Source: Planctomycetota bacterium (GTDB lineage: Bacteria; Planctomycetota; UBA8108; UBA1146). From it: a stretch of DNA of 28,672 nucleotides. The stretch spans positions 1-28,672 of the forward strand of contig JAYZBV010000035.1 in NCBI GenBank assembly GCA_036338595.1. The letters are read 5' to 3'. Shown one piece after another: positions 15,568-28,439 of the stretch (position 1 is the stretch's first letter; every line of letters begins with the position of its first letter). The translations under genes and the position numbers were made by a program. A model generated the notes under the pieces. The model was not told the DNA's origin. It was given only the letters and a program-made list of their open reading frames with translations, and did no database searches.

Positions 15568-17588
15568 CTAGATCCTTTGGTGGGGGGCTTCAACTGAAGC
15601 GCATCATCACTTTCAATCCGGACCAGCCAGCCCTCTTTGCGGATCTTCTCGATGAACGCAGGCACCGAACCATCGGCTGCCTCGAGCGCTCTGCCCGGGA
15701 TGAGGATCTCGCCCCTGCCAAGTTCGAGATGTTTCACCTTTTCCTGGTCGAGCATATCCCGCAACGATTTGCACCGGTCGGGTCTCAGGCCAGAGAAAAT
15801 GATGGCGGGTCTGGCTTGTACCCAGTCCATATCGCGACCCCAGTCGCGAATCGACACCGCTACTGTTTCTGGAAGAGGATGGTCGCTGGCATCTTCGAGA
15901 ACTTTTCGTATTTCATCCACCGTGAGGCCTGATCTGATCCCGGAACGCATCGACTCCGGCGTGGCTCGGAACCTGCGCACTCTTTCCGCTGATACTCTTT
16001 CCGAGAATCGCGCCAGTTCCAGCTCGAGACACATCCCGTCAACACCCTCGGTAAATAACATGATTTCGAAGTCAGGGTTGACGAGGATCCGGCATTCTCC
16101 CACCTCGCACGGGTGGCCAAACTGCTCGTGTCCGAGAGAGGAGAGCCGAACCGCAGACAACGAACCGTCGACCTGTCCAATTTCGCACATGCCGAGGCAC
16201 AGAAGTCGATTGATGATCCAGTAGGCCAGATCGGTGCCAAGACGGTGGAATGGGCTCTGCAGTCGTTTCTGGGCAAAGTCCTCTTCCCTACGTTGTCGCA
16301 AGGATTCAGCGACTTCTCTTTCTTCCAGTTCGAGGAGGTATGTACCCACCGCCTGATCGATCAAAGCCTCGAGAGAAATCCAATCGCTGGTGGATCGCGT
16401 TCTCAACACATCGAGGAGAATGTTGCGCAGACCCTCCTGATGGAAGGACCACCTCTCTCCGGCACTCTCGTCAAGAAAGCGCTGCAATAACACATCAACC
16501 TTGCGGCGGAACTCCAGTTTTCTCCACGCAGAAAGACGATCATCGTTGACTCGAAGTTCACCGGCGAAGTTCTCGATGATGCCAAGCCGTAAGGCGACCC
16601 GAAGAACTCGAGTCACTGAATCGCCCTCAAGGTAGGGCTCCAGCCGTTCGAGTAGCATTCCCTGTCGGCACTGCTCTGCCAGTCGCTTGGGGAAATTTCC
16701 TGCTCTGGTCAGCCGAACAGGGTCGTGTTCAACATGTAGCGCAAAACGTTCCAGGTCGATGAAGAGATCAACTCCGGCCTCGATGATCTGATCCGGCTCC
16801 TCCACATCCTCAAGCCGATCATTGGCTCTGAGTTGTACCCACTCCTGAAAGATCACCAGGGCGGGATTGGGGATATGGATGCCGAAATCCTGAAGGCTGA
16901 CACTGCCAATCGTCCCTATCCCCGCCTCCTCGACCACACTTCTCCAGGCAACCAGGTCGGGTTCTGAAAGGCCTGAAGACTCGAGCAGTTCATCCGCCTC
17001 ATCGGATGACAGGTCAAATACACCGCGTTTCTTCAGTGCCAGCAGGCAGAGCTCCTTCAGGGCCGGGTCTTCGAGTTGCTCGATCCGATCCTCGACATTG
17101 CCTTTTTCGAATTCGATCTCGAACGGAAGCCGTTTCTGGCTGATGACATCTGCCGGCGAGGGCGGCTCACCTCCGACATCCAGTACACGGCACAGATGCC
17201 CAGCAAGCTCATCGGGGATCTCCATCACCTCGGAGCGGATCTTCCCCTTGGCCATCCCTCGAGCGATGAAGCCTCGCTCGATGAGTTGTCGAAGTGTCGA
17301 TTCGACTTCGATTCTTGAGGCCCCCCCCGCAGCAAGCGTTTCTTGAAGATCTTTGAGGACAGCTTTCGGTTTGGGCTTCGAAAGCACCGCGGTGATCAAT
17401 CGGCGTTGTGATTGGCTGAGTCTCGCAACCCGCTCCTCGATCCCGGTACCCAGTTCGAGTGCCTTGGCTACCCGTGCTCGTAGCACTTCAGCGCGTGACT
17501 GAACCGACTCGCCGGGAAGCCAAAATTGATGAATCGTCTGCAGTTCAGCCTTCTTCAGGCCCTTCAAGAACTCACAGACAGCACTCAT
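15564..17588 (-). CDS. XPB-associated protein with a C-terminal helicase-associated (Helicase_C_3-like) domain
   Basis: 674 aa with no Walker motifs. C-terminal ILVNPDFEIML...FRATPESMRSGIRSG...L...S.HPLPETV..SIRDWGR. Contains an LT..G..PKR winged-helix-like segment. ATGA overlap with XPB. Confidence 0.8.
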   Translation of the reverse strand: MSAVCEFLKGLKKAELQTIHQFWLPGESVQSRAEVLRARVAKALELGTGIEERVARLSQSQRRLITAVLSKPKPKAVLKDLQETLAAGGASRIEVESTLRQLIERGFIARGMAKGKIRSEVMEIPDELAGHLCRVLDVGGEPPSPADVISQKRLPFEIEFEKGNVEDRIEQLEDPALKELCLLALKKRGVFDLSSDEADELLESSGLSEPDLVAWRSVVEEAGIGTIGSVSLQDFGIHIPNPALVIFQEWVQLRANDRLEDVEEPDQIIEAGVDLFIDLERFALHVEHDPVRLTRAGNFPKRLAEQCRQGMLLERLEPYLEGDSVTRVLRVALRLGIIENFAGELRVNDDRLSAWRKLEFRRKVDVLLQRFLDESAGERWSFHQEGLRNILLDVLRTRSTSDWISLEALIDQAVGTYLLELEEREVAESLRQRREEDFAQKRLQSPFHRLGTDLAYWIINRLLCLGMCEIGQVDGSLSAVRLSSLGHEQFGHPCEVGECRILVNPDFEIMLFTEGVDGMCLELELARFSERVSAERVRRFRATPESMRSGIRSGLTVDEIRKVLEDASDHPLPETVAVSIRDWGRDMDWVQARPAIIFSGLRPDRCKSLRDMLDQEKVKHLELGRGEILIPGRALEAADGSVPAFIEKIRKEGWLVRIESDDALQLKPPTKGSR

Positions 17589-19264
17589 TGAAGTACCTCT
17601 TCTTGTTCTTCGATTTCGTATTGATAACCCTGCTCCATCAGGAACCTCTGGCGCCGCAAGGCAAAGTCCTGGTCGCGAGAATCGCGCGTGACCAGCGAGT
17701 AAAAGGTGGCATCCCTTCCATCAGACTTGGGACGCAGAACTCTACCGAGCCGCTGCGCTTCCTCCTGCCTTGATCCGTAGGTTCCCGAGATCTGCACTGC
17801 CACGGACGCGTCCGGTAGATCCACGGCAAAGTTACCCACCTTGCTGACGATGAGCACCGGGACCTCTCCGCAGCGAAACGCAGCGTAGAGCCGTTCCCTC
17901 TCATCTTGCGGGGTGTGGCCGGTGATCAGCGGTGCACCGATCGATCTGGAGACCTCCCTCAACTGCCTGAGATACTGTCCGATCACCAGGATTCGATCCT
18001 CGGAATGGCGCTTGAGGATGCTGTGCAGCCTGATGAGCTTCATCGGGTTTTCCGAGGAGATTCGGAAACGGTGTCTCCGATCCGCTGCCAGGTATGCGTC
18101 CCTCTCATCCACGGGTAGATCGAGGCGCACCTCGACGCAGCGGACCTTTGCTATGAAGCCTTCCTTCTCAAGATCTCGCCAGGGCATGTCGTAAATCCTG
18201 GGTCCGATCAAGGTGAAGACCTCGTCTTCTCGACCATCCTCCCTGACAAGTGTCGCGGTCAGGCCCAACCTTCTGCGCGCTTGAATCTCGGCCGTGAACC
18301 GGAACACGGGCGCTGGAAGCATATGGACCTCGTCATAGATGATGAGTCCCCAGTCATTATTAGAAAACAGATCCAGGTGCGTAAACTCATCCGTCTTGGA
18401 CTTTCTGTGGGCTGTGATCTGATAGGTCGCAACGGTGACGGATGCGATTCCTTTTCTTGCTCCGGAATACTCTGCCACATCATCATCTGTGAGAGTCGTC
18501 CACCGTACGATTTCTTTTTGCCACTGACGGACACTCGTGATGTTTGGAGCCAGAATCAATGTCTGACACTTCAGTCTCTCGATGAGTCCGATCCCCACCA
18601 TCGTTTTCCCTGCACCGCAAGGAAGCACGACGACTCCCGACCCGCCGCCCCCACCCTGATCAGAGAAGAAAGACTCTACCGATTCGACCTGATAATTTCG
18701 AAGTTCGAGCTCCGCAGTGTCGGAGTACTCGATCTCGACAGAGGCACCGGACTTGAAACCTGCTCTGTCTGCGATGGGGAAGCCGGAGCGAATCATTGCA
18801 ACCTTCAGGGCGCCCCTCATGGAAGGTGCAATCGTGTAGGAATTATCCTTGCCCGGATCTACCAGAATCTTCGTCAGTGACGGGCGATTTGCCAGTACTG
18901 AGAGGTGGTCGTCGGTCTTCTCTCGCGGGCGGAGAATCAACTCACCACTCTCATCATCGCGTACCAGTTCGAAGCGACCGAAGTTAGCGAGCGCCTTCTC
19001 GATGACCTCGATCAGCGCCTTGGGAACCGGGTACCTGGCATTGTCATGGAGTAGGTCGAGGATGCGCTGCTGGCTCCAGCCTGACTGGGCAGCATTCCAC
19101 AACGAAATCGGCGTGATCCGATACTCGTGGAAGTACTCTGGACTCTTCTCCAGATGGGCGAAGGCCGCCAATTCATGTCGGAGTCGCTGCGCCGTGGGGT
19201 GATGCACCTCAAGGAGCAGGGTTCCATCGCTCTGCACGATGAGCGATTTGGCTTCGGTACTCAT
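17585..19264 (-). CDS. XPB/Ssl2/Rad25-like superfamily 2 DNA helicase
   Basis: N-terminal LIVQSDGTLLLEV...EKSPE..H.YRITP.SLWNA. Q-motif LRNYQ, Walker A LPCGAGKT, DEVH, GLTATLVRED (RED motif) and SRQEEAQRLGR.LRP. Confidence 0.95.
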   Translation of the reverse strand: MSTEAKSLIVQSDGTLLLEVHHPTAQRLRHELAAFAHLEKSPEYFHEYRITPISLWNAAQSGWSQQRILDLLHDNARYPVPKALIEVIEKALANFGRFELVRDDESGELILRPREKTDDHLSVLANRPSLTKILVDPGKDNSYTIAPSMRGALKVAMIRSGFPIADRAGFKSGASVEIEYSDTAELELRNYQVESVESFFSDQGGGGGSGVVVLPCGAGKTMVGIGLIERLKCQTLILAPNITSVRQWQKEIVRWTTLTDDDVAEYSGARKGIASVTVATYQITAHRKSKTDEFTHLDLFSNNDWGLIIYDEVHMLPAPVFRFTAEIQARRRLGLTATLVREDGREDEVFTLIGPRIYDMPWRDLEKEGFIAKVRCVEVRLDLPVDERDAYLAADRRHRFRISSENPMKLIRLHSILKRHSEDRILVIGQYLRQLREVSRSIGAPLITGHTPQDERERLYAAFRCGEVPVLIVSKVGNFAVDLPDASVAVQISGTYGSRQEEAQRLGRVLRPKSDGRDATFYSLVTRDSRDQDFALRRQRFLMEQGYQYEIEEQEEVLQ

Positions 19265-19719
19265 TTGTCAGGCGTCGAGTGGACCGATCGCGGCCTGTTG
19301 GCCGGTGCGGACGCAGGACACCTTGGCCCTGGACGTCGCAACTCTCGCGTCCCCGACGATTCTCCTTGTGAATTTCAGGCAGTGACCCCGAAGAGCCAGT
19401 GAACCTTATGGATTTCCCCGGTACTCACGACTTCGCTTCAGGAATTTCCCGCCCCTGAACAAAGCCAACGATGTGCCGGAAGATAGTACCCGTACACCAC
19501 CATTGATGCCGACTTCCCCTGATTCCCCTTTTCCCCGAAACGGCACCGCGCGAGTTGTGAGTAGTACTGCACCACAGAGCCAGATCGCATCTCTCGCCTG
19601 GTTGATTCCCACCCCCCCAACATCGCGGGGAGATTCATTCTGAATCCAGGACGGAATTGACGATCAAGAATGATATGCCACGAACCAAGCCGAGAATCTA
19701 CCACCCACTTCTCAGTTGT

Positions 19720-22170
19720 TTATTCTTGATCCGGCTCGGTTTCTGGTGTTTCGCTCATGGACTCGACCAGTTCCATGCCGATGACGCGGTCATTTTTCTT
19801 CACATTGATGAGACGAACACCCTGAGTATTCCTGCCAATAGGCCTCACACTGGCCAGAGAGATCCTCACAAGCATTCCTCCGGAAGTCATCAGCATGGCG
19901 TCACAATCTCCCGAGAGGGCCTTGGCAGATACCACTGAACCGTTCCTCTTCGTGGTTCGGATATCAATCAGACCCTTGCCACCGCGTTTCTGAATACGGT
20001 ATTCGCTGAACTGGGTTCGCTTTCCATACCCATGCTCGCATACGGTCAATAGGGCACCCAATTCGTCAACGACGGTCATCGAAACCACCTGGTCCGTTGA
20101 TCCAAGCGAAATTCCATTCACGCCCGCAGCATCGCGTCCCATCTGGCGAACATCTTGCTCCGAAAAACGAATCGACATTCCGGAAGCAGATGAGAGCACC
20201 ACTTCATCGTCTCCCGATGTGATGGCAACTCCGATCAACTCATCCTCGTCGTTGATCTTGATCGCCTTGATTCCTGTTTTCTTTGGTCTTGAGTATGCAA
20301 CCAGCGGTGTCTTCTTGACCTTGCCCAGGCGTGTTGCAAAGAGCAGCTGGCGATCATCAAATTCCGCAACTCGAATCATGCGCAGGATCTTCTCCTCTTT
20401 CTCGAGTTGCAGCAGATGAACAACGGGTTTTCCCTTGGCTGTTCTACTCATGTCGGGAAGCTCGTAGACCTTCAGCCAGTAGACTTTTCCCCGGTCGGAG
20501 AAAAGCAGAAGCGTGTCGTGCGTTCCTGCGACAAACAGGTTCTTGACGAAATCGTCCTCGCGAACCGCTCCACCCGATACGCCCTTGCCGCCGCGCCCCT
20601 GAGAGCGGTAGCTGGTCAACGGGGTTCTCTTTACATAGCCCTGATGGGTCAGAGTCACGACGACATCCTCCTCGGTGATGAGGTCGGCGTAGTTGATCTC
20701 TTCGGCATCTTCTTCAAAGGTGGTCCTGCGATCATCCTTGAAGCGATCTCTCAGTTCGTGGATATCTTCACGAATGATCTCGGTGACCACCGAAGCATCG
20801 GTAAGCACCGTGCGATGATAGGCAATCTCTTCGCGGGTTTCCCCGAGATCAGCCTGCAGTTTTTCTCTCTCGAGTCCGGTCAGTCGCCGCAACTGCATCC
20901 GGAGGATGGCTTCTGACTGGATCCTGGTCAGCCCAAACTCGACCATCATCGATTCACGTGCTTCGTCCTCGCTGTGCTTGGAGCGAATCAATTCGATGAT
21001 GCGGTCGATGTTGTCGGTCGCGATGATCAACCCATCAAGGATGTGCGCCTTTCGCTCCGCTTTCGCCAGCAAGTGGCGAGATCGGCGACGAATTACCACC
21101 CCCCTGTGATCACGATAGGCGTGAAGCAAATCGAGCAAGGGAAGGGTGCGAGGCTTGCCATCGACCAGTGCAATTTGTTGGATTCCGAATGTCGTTTGCA
21201 GCTGGGTGTGCTTGAACAACTGGTTGAGGATGACCTGGGCGTTCTCATCTCTCTTCAGTTCCACCACCAGGCGAATACCGGTGCGATCGGATTCGTCGCG
21301 GATATCCGAGACCCCCGTAACCCGACCATCCTTGACCAAACCGGCGATATCGGAGGCAAGCTTTGCCTTCGAGACCTGGTAGGGAATCTCGGTGATGATG
21401 ATCGCTTCCTTCTGCCTCGTCATCTCCTCGAAGTGTGTTCTGGCCCTCAGGGTGAGGAGCCCTCGCCCCTTGGAATAGGCATCTAGAATCCCCCTGCGGC
21501 CACAGATCACGCCACCGGTCGGGAAATCCGGACCCTCGATCACCTGCATCAATTCTGCAAGGTTGGCATCTGGCTTATCGAGCACCATCAGTAGTGCAGT
21601 ACAAACCTCCTGCAGGTTGTGAGGTGCAAAGTTGGTCGACATTCCCACTGCGATTCCAGAACCACCATTGACCAGCAGGTTGGGAAACTTGCCGGGCAAC
21701 ACCGTCGGCTCATCGCGCGTGTCGTCGTAGTTCCGCGTGAAATCAACGGTCTCCTTGTCGATGTCGGCCAGCATCTCGGTCGAAGCTTCGGTCATGCGAG
21801 CTTCCGTGTACCTCATTGCTGCCGGTGGATCTCCATCGATGGAACCGAAATTGCCCTGACCATCGACCATCGTCTGGCGCATATTGAACGGCTGTGCCAT
21901 TCGAACCAGGGTCGGGTAAATCACCGATTCTCCGTGTGGGTGATAGTTTCCTGAGGTGTCACCAGCAACCTTTGCACATTTACGGTGCTTGGATCTGGGC
22001 CCCAGGTTGAGGTCATTCATCGCAACCAGAATCCGCCTCTGGGATGGCTTCAGGCCATCTCGAACATCCGGCAACGCTCGCTGGATGATCACGCTCATGG
22101 CGTAAGTGAGGTAGGAACCCTTCATCTCTTCTTCGAGAGTAAGGGGTAGGATCCGCTGTTCTTCGCTCAT
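19720..22170 (-). CDS. gyrA: DNA gyrase subunit A
   Basis: [17 protein letters not shown] and AAMRYTE (catalytic Tyr). The GyrA-box QGRGGKG distinguishes it from ParC. Six-blade CTD and acidic tail. Start placed at ATG 22170 (GGAG upstream). Confidence 0.98.
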   Translation of the reverse strand: MSEEQRILPLTLEEEMKGSYLTYAMSVIIQRALPDVRDGLKPSQRRILVAMNDLNLGPRSKHRKCAKVAGDTSGNYHPHGESVIYPTLVRMAQPFNMRQTMVDGQGNFGSIDGDPPAAMRYTEARMTEASTEMLADIDKETVDFTRNYDDTRDEPTVLPGKFPNLLVNGGSGIAVGMSTNFAPHNLQEVCTALLMVLDKPDANLAELMQVIEGPDFPTGGVICGRRGILDAYSKGRGLLTLRARTHFEEMTRQKEAIIITEIPYQVSKAKLASDIAGLVKDGRVTGVSDIRDESDRTGIRLVVELKRDENAQVILNQLFKHTQLQTTFGIQQIALVDGKPRTLPLLDLLHAYRDHRGVVIRRRSRHLLAKAERKAHILDGLIIATDNIDRIIELIRSKHSEDEARESMMVEFGLTRIQSEAILRMQLRRLTGLEREKLQADLGETREEIAYHRTVLTDASVVTEIIREDIHELRDRFKDDRRTTFEEDAEEINYADLITEEDVVVTLTHQGYVKRTPLTSYRSQGRGGKGVSGGAVREDDFVKNLFVAGTHDTLLLFSDRGKVYWLKVYELPDMSRTAKGKPVVHLLQLEKEEKILRMIRVAEFDDRQLLFATRLGKVKKTPLVAYSRPKKTGIKAIKINDEDELIGVAITSGDDEVVLSSASGMSIRFSEQDVRQMGRDAAGVNGISLGSTDQVVSMTVVDELGALLTVCEHGYGKRTQFSEYRIQKRGGKGLIDIRTTKRNGSVVSAKALSGDCDAMLMTSGGMLVRISLASVRPIGRNTQGVRLINVKKNDRVIGMELVESMSETPETEPDQE

Positions 22171-22233
22171 CAGTTTTCCGTCTCCTGAGTAGTCGGCCAC
22201 ATGGTGCCAACTGGGTTCAATTCACAGATTCCA

Positions 22234-23223
22234 TCAAACCGATACGCAAGAGGACTCGGCCTCCTGCACCATCTTCGCCAGCAGGCGGTTGGCAGGCACT
22301 TCGAGTCCTGCACGCTCTGCAATGCGCACCACGGCGCCACAGATCCACTCCATCTCGGTCGTTCGACTGGCCTCCAGATCCTGAAGGGTCGAGCAACGAT
22401 TGGTGGCGGTATCCCGACACAGATCCCGCAACAACTGCTCCGGATCATCCTTCGATAGATCCACGCCAGCTTCCCTGGCCACCAGGATCACTTCACGCGC
22501 TGCCTCGATGGCGAGTTGAAACGACGGATGTGCCGGTAACTCGCCGTTCTCACAACGAAGCAAGGCGGCAACTGAATTGAGTCCGGCATTGAGGGTTGCC
22601 TTTCTCCAGACCAGTTCAGCGCCATCCTCAACGGCCTCGCTCATCAGCCCGGCACACCTGAAGATGCCAGCAAGCAGCTGCGAAGCCTCGAAGGCTGCCT
22701 CGAACTCAGTACCCCTGGAGCTCGGGTCGACCGCGATCGGGCCGACCGTCACCTGGCCTCCCGAGCCACGTTGCTCCACAGCACCGCCGCTGACGGGACA
22801 CAAACCGTAAGTCACCGTTGCTGCGAGGCTCCGATGAAGTCCACACTCGGCGAGTGTATCTGCGTGACCGAGCCCATTACTGAGCACGACCGACCACCCC
22901 TCTGGCGACAACAGACTGGCAGTTTCTTGCGCAGCCTGTTCCAGATCCCCGGCCTTGGTGCAGTACAACACCCAGCGGAACGTGCCAGACTCGTAGTTCC
23001 TGGCCGGCATCGACTCGACCTCCTGGTCGAGGGTTGTCCCGGCCCCTGTCACGCTACACTTCAACAGATGCGACCTCGATCCTGGCCGTGTCACCAATCT
23101 CACTGCGTGACCGCCAACCTGCAATCGAACCGCCAGCCAGCGGCCCAGTGCTCCTGCACCGACAACTGCAACCAGATCCTGTGAATCAGTGCCATGGCAT
23201 GCGAGCCGCTCTGGATTAGCCAC
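22234..23223 (-). CDS. panE: 2-dehydropantoate 2-reductase (ketopantoate reductase)
   Basis: Rossmann motif VVGAGALG, TKA, LSNG, W.K...N..LN, N..STLQD and TE. Adjacent to and overlapping panB. Confidence 0.88.
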   Translation of the reverse strand: MANPERLACHGTDSQDLVAVVGAGALGRWLAVRLQVGGHAVRLVTRPGSRSHLLKCSVTGAGTTLDQEVESMPARNYESGTFRWVLYCTKAGDLEQAAQETASLLSPEGWSVVLSNGLGHADTLAECGLHRSLAATVTYGLCPVSGGAVEQRGSGGQVTVGPIAVDPSSRGTEFEAAFEASQLLAGIFRCAGLMSEAVEDGAELVWRKATLNAGLNSVAALLRCENGELPAHPSFQLAIEAAREVILVAREAGVDLSKDDPEQLLRDLCRDTATNRCSTLQDLEASRTTEMEWICGAVVRIAERAGLEVPANRLLAKMVQEAESSCVSV

Positions 23224-24097
23224 TCAACTGCCGTTCAGATTCTGGATCTGCATCCCCGGGTTCAGTTTCAGTTTCACCTGGTTCAGTATCACTGCCGGCC
23301 TGAAACGATTCCGAATCGTCGGGGAAACCACCCGATGCCACATCGTTCTGAAACGATTTCACAGCCTCGATCATCGTGGACTCGACATTCGCGTACCGAC
23401 GAACAAACCTGGGCTGGAAATCTCCCGAGAGCCCGACCAGATCATGGAAAACCAGTACCTGCGCATCGACCCCCTGGCCCGCCCCGATTCCGATGATCGG
23501 AATTGATGCCTCATCTGCGATGGCAGACGCCAGTGGTGCCGGGACACATTCAAGGACCACGGCAAAGGCCCCGGCCTTCTCGAGCGCCATGGCGTCCTGT
23601 GCGATACGAGCGGCAGACTCAGGATCGGTTCCCTGCACCTTGTATCCGCCGAGCTGGGTCGCGTTCTGGGGGGTGAGTCCAAGATGTCCCATCACGGGGA
23701 TCCCCGCCTCGACGATGCGCTGGACGGTCGCTGCGCGAGGGCCGCCACCTTCCAGCTTGACCGCATCGGCACCACCCTCCTGGATCAGCCTGCCGGAGTT
23801 CTGAACCGCCTGCTCATCCGATACCTGAGCAGCAAGGAAGGGAAGATCACCAACGACAAAGAGGGACGGAGAGCTCCTACGAACCGCCGCTGTATGACAC
23901 ACCATGTCCTCCATGGTGACCGGCACGGTGCTGTCATGCCCGAGGATGACATTACCGAGAGAGTCTCCCACCAGCGCCACCGGAACCCCGGCGGCTTCCA
24001 GAACCCGCGCGCTCGGTGCGTCGTAGGCAGTCAGGCACACCCAGCGGCGTCCCTCCTGCTTCCAGCGCTTCAGATCCTGTATGACAACCCGCTTCAT
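23216..24097 (-). CDS. panB: 3-methyl-2-oxobutanoate hydroxymethyltransferase
   Basis: LTAYD, LVGDSLG, GDLPF, VKLEGG, MGHLGLTPQ, GIGAG and QVLV.HD. Start placed at ATG 24097 to avoid overlap with gyrB. Confidence 0.97.
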   Translation of the reverse strand: MKRVVIQDLKRWKQEGRRWVCLTAYDAPSARVLEAAGVPVALVGDSLGNVILGHDSTVPVTMEDMVCHTAAVRRSSPSLFVVGDLPFLAAQVSDEQAVQNSGRLIQEGGADAVKLEGGGPRAATVQRIVEAGIPVMGHLGLTPQNATQLGGYKVQGTDPESAARIAQDAMALEKAGAFAVVLECVPAPLASAIADEASIPIIGIGAGQGVDAQVLVFHDLVGLSGDFQPRFVRRYANVESTMIEAVKSFQNDVASGGFPDDSESFQAGSDTEPGETETEPGDADPESERQLSG

Positions 24098-24122
24098 CGG
24101 TTCAATTCTCGTTTCACTTCTT

Positions 24123-26964
<2,842 letters not shown>

Positions 26965-26968
<4 letters not shown>

Positions 26969-28110
26969 GCTTCTTGCATCTCGTTCACGACCAGAGGCAT
27001 CACGATATGACGGTAAGAAAGTTCGTCATCGGGAATACTGAATAAGCCGGCAGTCTTTCCATCCCGGAGTCCACAACAAACCCTGGAACTGTCGATCTTG
27101 TTGAGGAGTTCTATCAAGTAATCCGGATTGAAATGGATGGAGAACTCATCGTCCTCGCCTTCAATCCTTTCCACCGCAAACTCCACTCTCGACTCGCCAA
27201 CGTTACTAGCAGAGCTGGAGATGGTTGCTGAGTCGCGCCCAAACAAGAACCTCACCGAATTGGTTTCCTTGGTCGTCATCAGTCGGGCTTGTCGAAGCGC
27301 AACCAGAAGGGCTTCTGTTTCGACGTGGTATACATTCTCCAGCTTGTCCGGAATTGCTCTTTCGTATTCAGGAAACTTACCCTCGACCAGTCGGCAACTG
27401 AGTGAAACCCTGTCGGAGACATACGTGACTTCGTTCTGGTCGAGATGAAAAACAACATCTTCCTCATCTTCAGACGACAGGATTTTATTCAAAAGGTCCA
27501 CTCCCTTGAGCGGAAGGATGTATTGCCCTTCCGGGGTGGGGGTCTTATCGCCGGATGTCATCGGAAGAATTCCAAGCGCCATTCTTTTTCCGTCAGTGCT
27601 GACGACCCTCAGTTCCTTGCCTTTCCCATCGAATAAAACACTATGCATGTTGAAGCGGGTGGCATCTTTTGCTGCAGCGACGCTGACCCTGTTGAGTGTC
27701 TGCAGAAGTGTTTCCCTGTTCATCTTCATCGATGGTCCAGGCGGTGAAAAATCTACAACGGGAAACTCATCCAGAGGCCCTGTGGGTAATTTGAAGTGCG
27801 CGCTTCCTGAAGTGATACAGGCCTGGCCGGCAGCATCGACTTCAAAGACCACCTCGGGATCGTGAATCTCCCGGAGAATCTTCATCAGTCGAGCGCAAGG
27901 AATCAGGCAAACACCCTCCTGCTCCACCATCACCTCATCGACCTGAACCCTGAGCCCCACTTCCAGGTCAGTGGCTTCCACCTGAAGACCATCTCGAGTC
28001 GCACTGAGGCGCGCCTGTTGAAGAACCGGGCGGGTTGGATTCGCCGGAACCACTCCTGAAACCAGGGAGACCGCTTCGAGTAGTTGGCGTGAATGGCACT
28101 GAATCTTCAT
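26965..28110 (-). CDS. dnaN: DNA polymerase III beta sliding clamp
   Basis: ATDLE, V.TDGKR.A, L.EG.FP.Y..IP, FNP.YL and IVMP. GGAG RBS upstream. 381 aa. Confidence 0.97.
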
Positions 28111-28439
28111 AAAAACTCCTCCGTCGATGCTCTTGTTTCTCTGTTCATTACCCGTTGCCCGTGGTTCTCCCCACGGGATCCAATACAGGCTCTCCAGGGA
28201 CCTCGTAGGCCCCTTCTCGGCCGACTCTGTGAGCTGTGATGGAAGTTCCGGGTAACGGCCGTTACACCCTCTTCTTGCTCCCGGAATCGACCCCTCAAGA
28301 TGGAGTGATATTCTAGGTCAGGGCACCGTTTCAGGCAATCCGAAACGGGTCCAAATCCGGATCCATAACCAGAAATTCTAAGCGGATTTATGTTCGCTTC
28401 TTCGGAGCCCCGTTCGGGTCATCGGGAGACCATCCTGGG

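Noticed and set aside
19406..19704. 68-aa and 88-aa minus-strand ORFs in the gyrA-XPB gap
   Set aside because: They have non-ATG starts, no recognisable motifs and atypical composition. A non-coding interpretation is preferred, though a small protein cannot be excluded.
19265..19719. RNase P RNA, tmRNA, SRP RNA or tRNA in the gap
   Set aside because: I found no GAGGAAAGTCC (RNase P), no tRNA-like GGTTCGA T-arm ends and no SRP GGAA-loop motif on either strand.
19970..19995. Second GyrA-box-like motif QKRGGKG in the GyrA CTD
   Set aside because: Degenerate box-like motifs in other CTD blades are common in gyrases.
28107..28298. 63-aa ORF upstream of dnaN
   Set aside because: It has a TTG start, is low-complexity and Arg-rich, and lies over the likely promoter/leader. 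It does not resemble the DnaA C-terminus.
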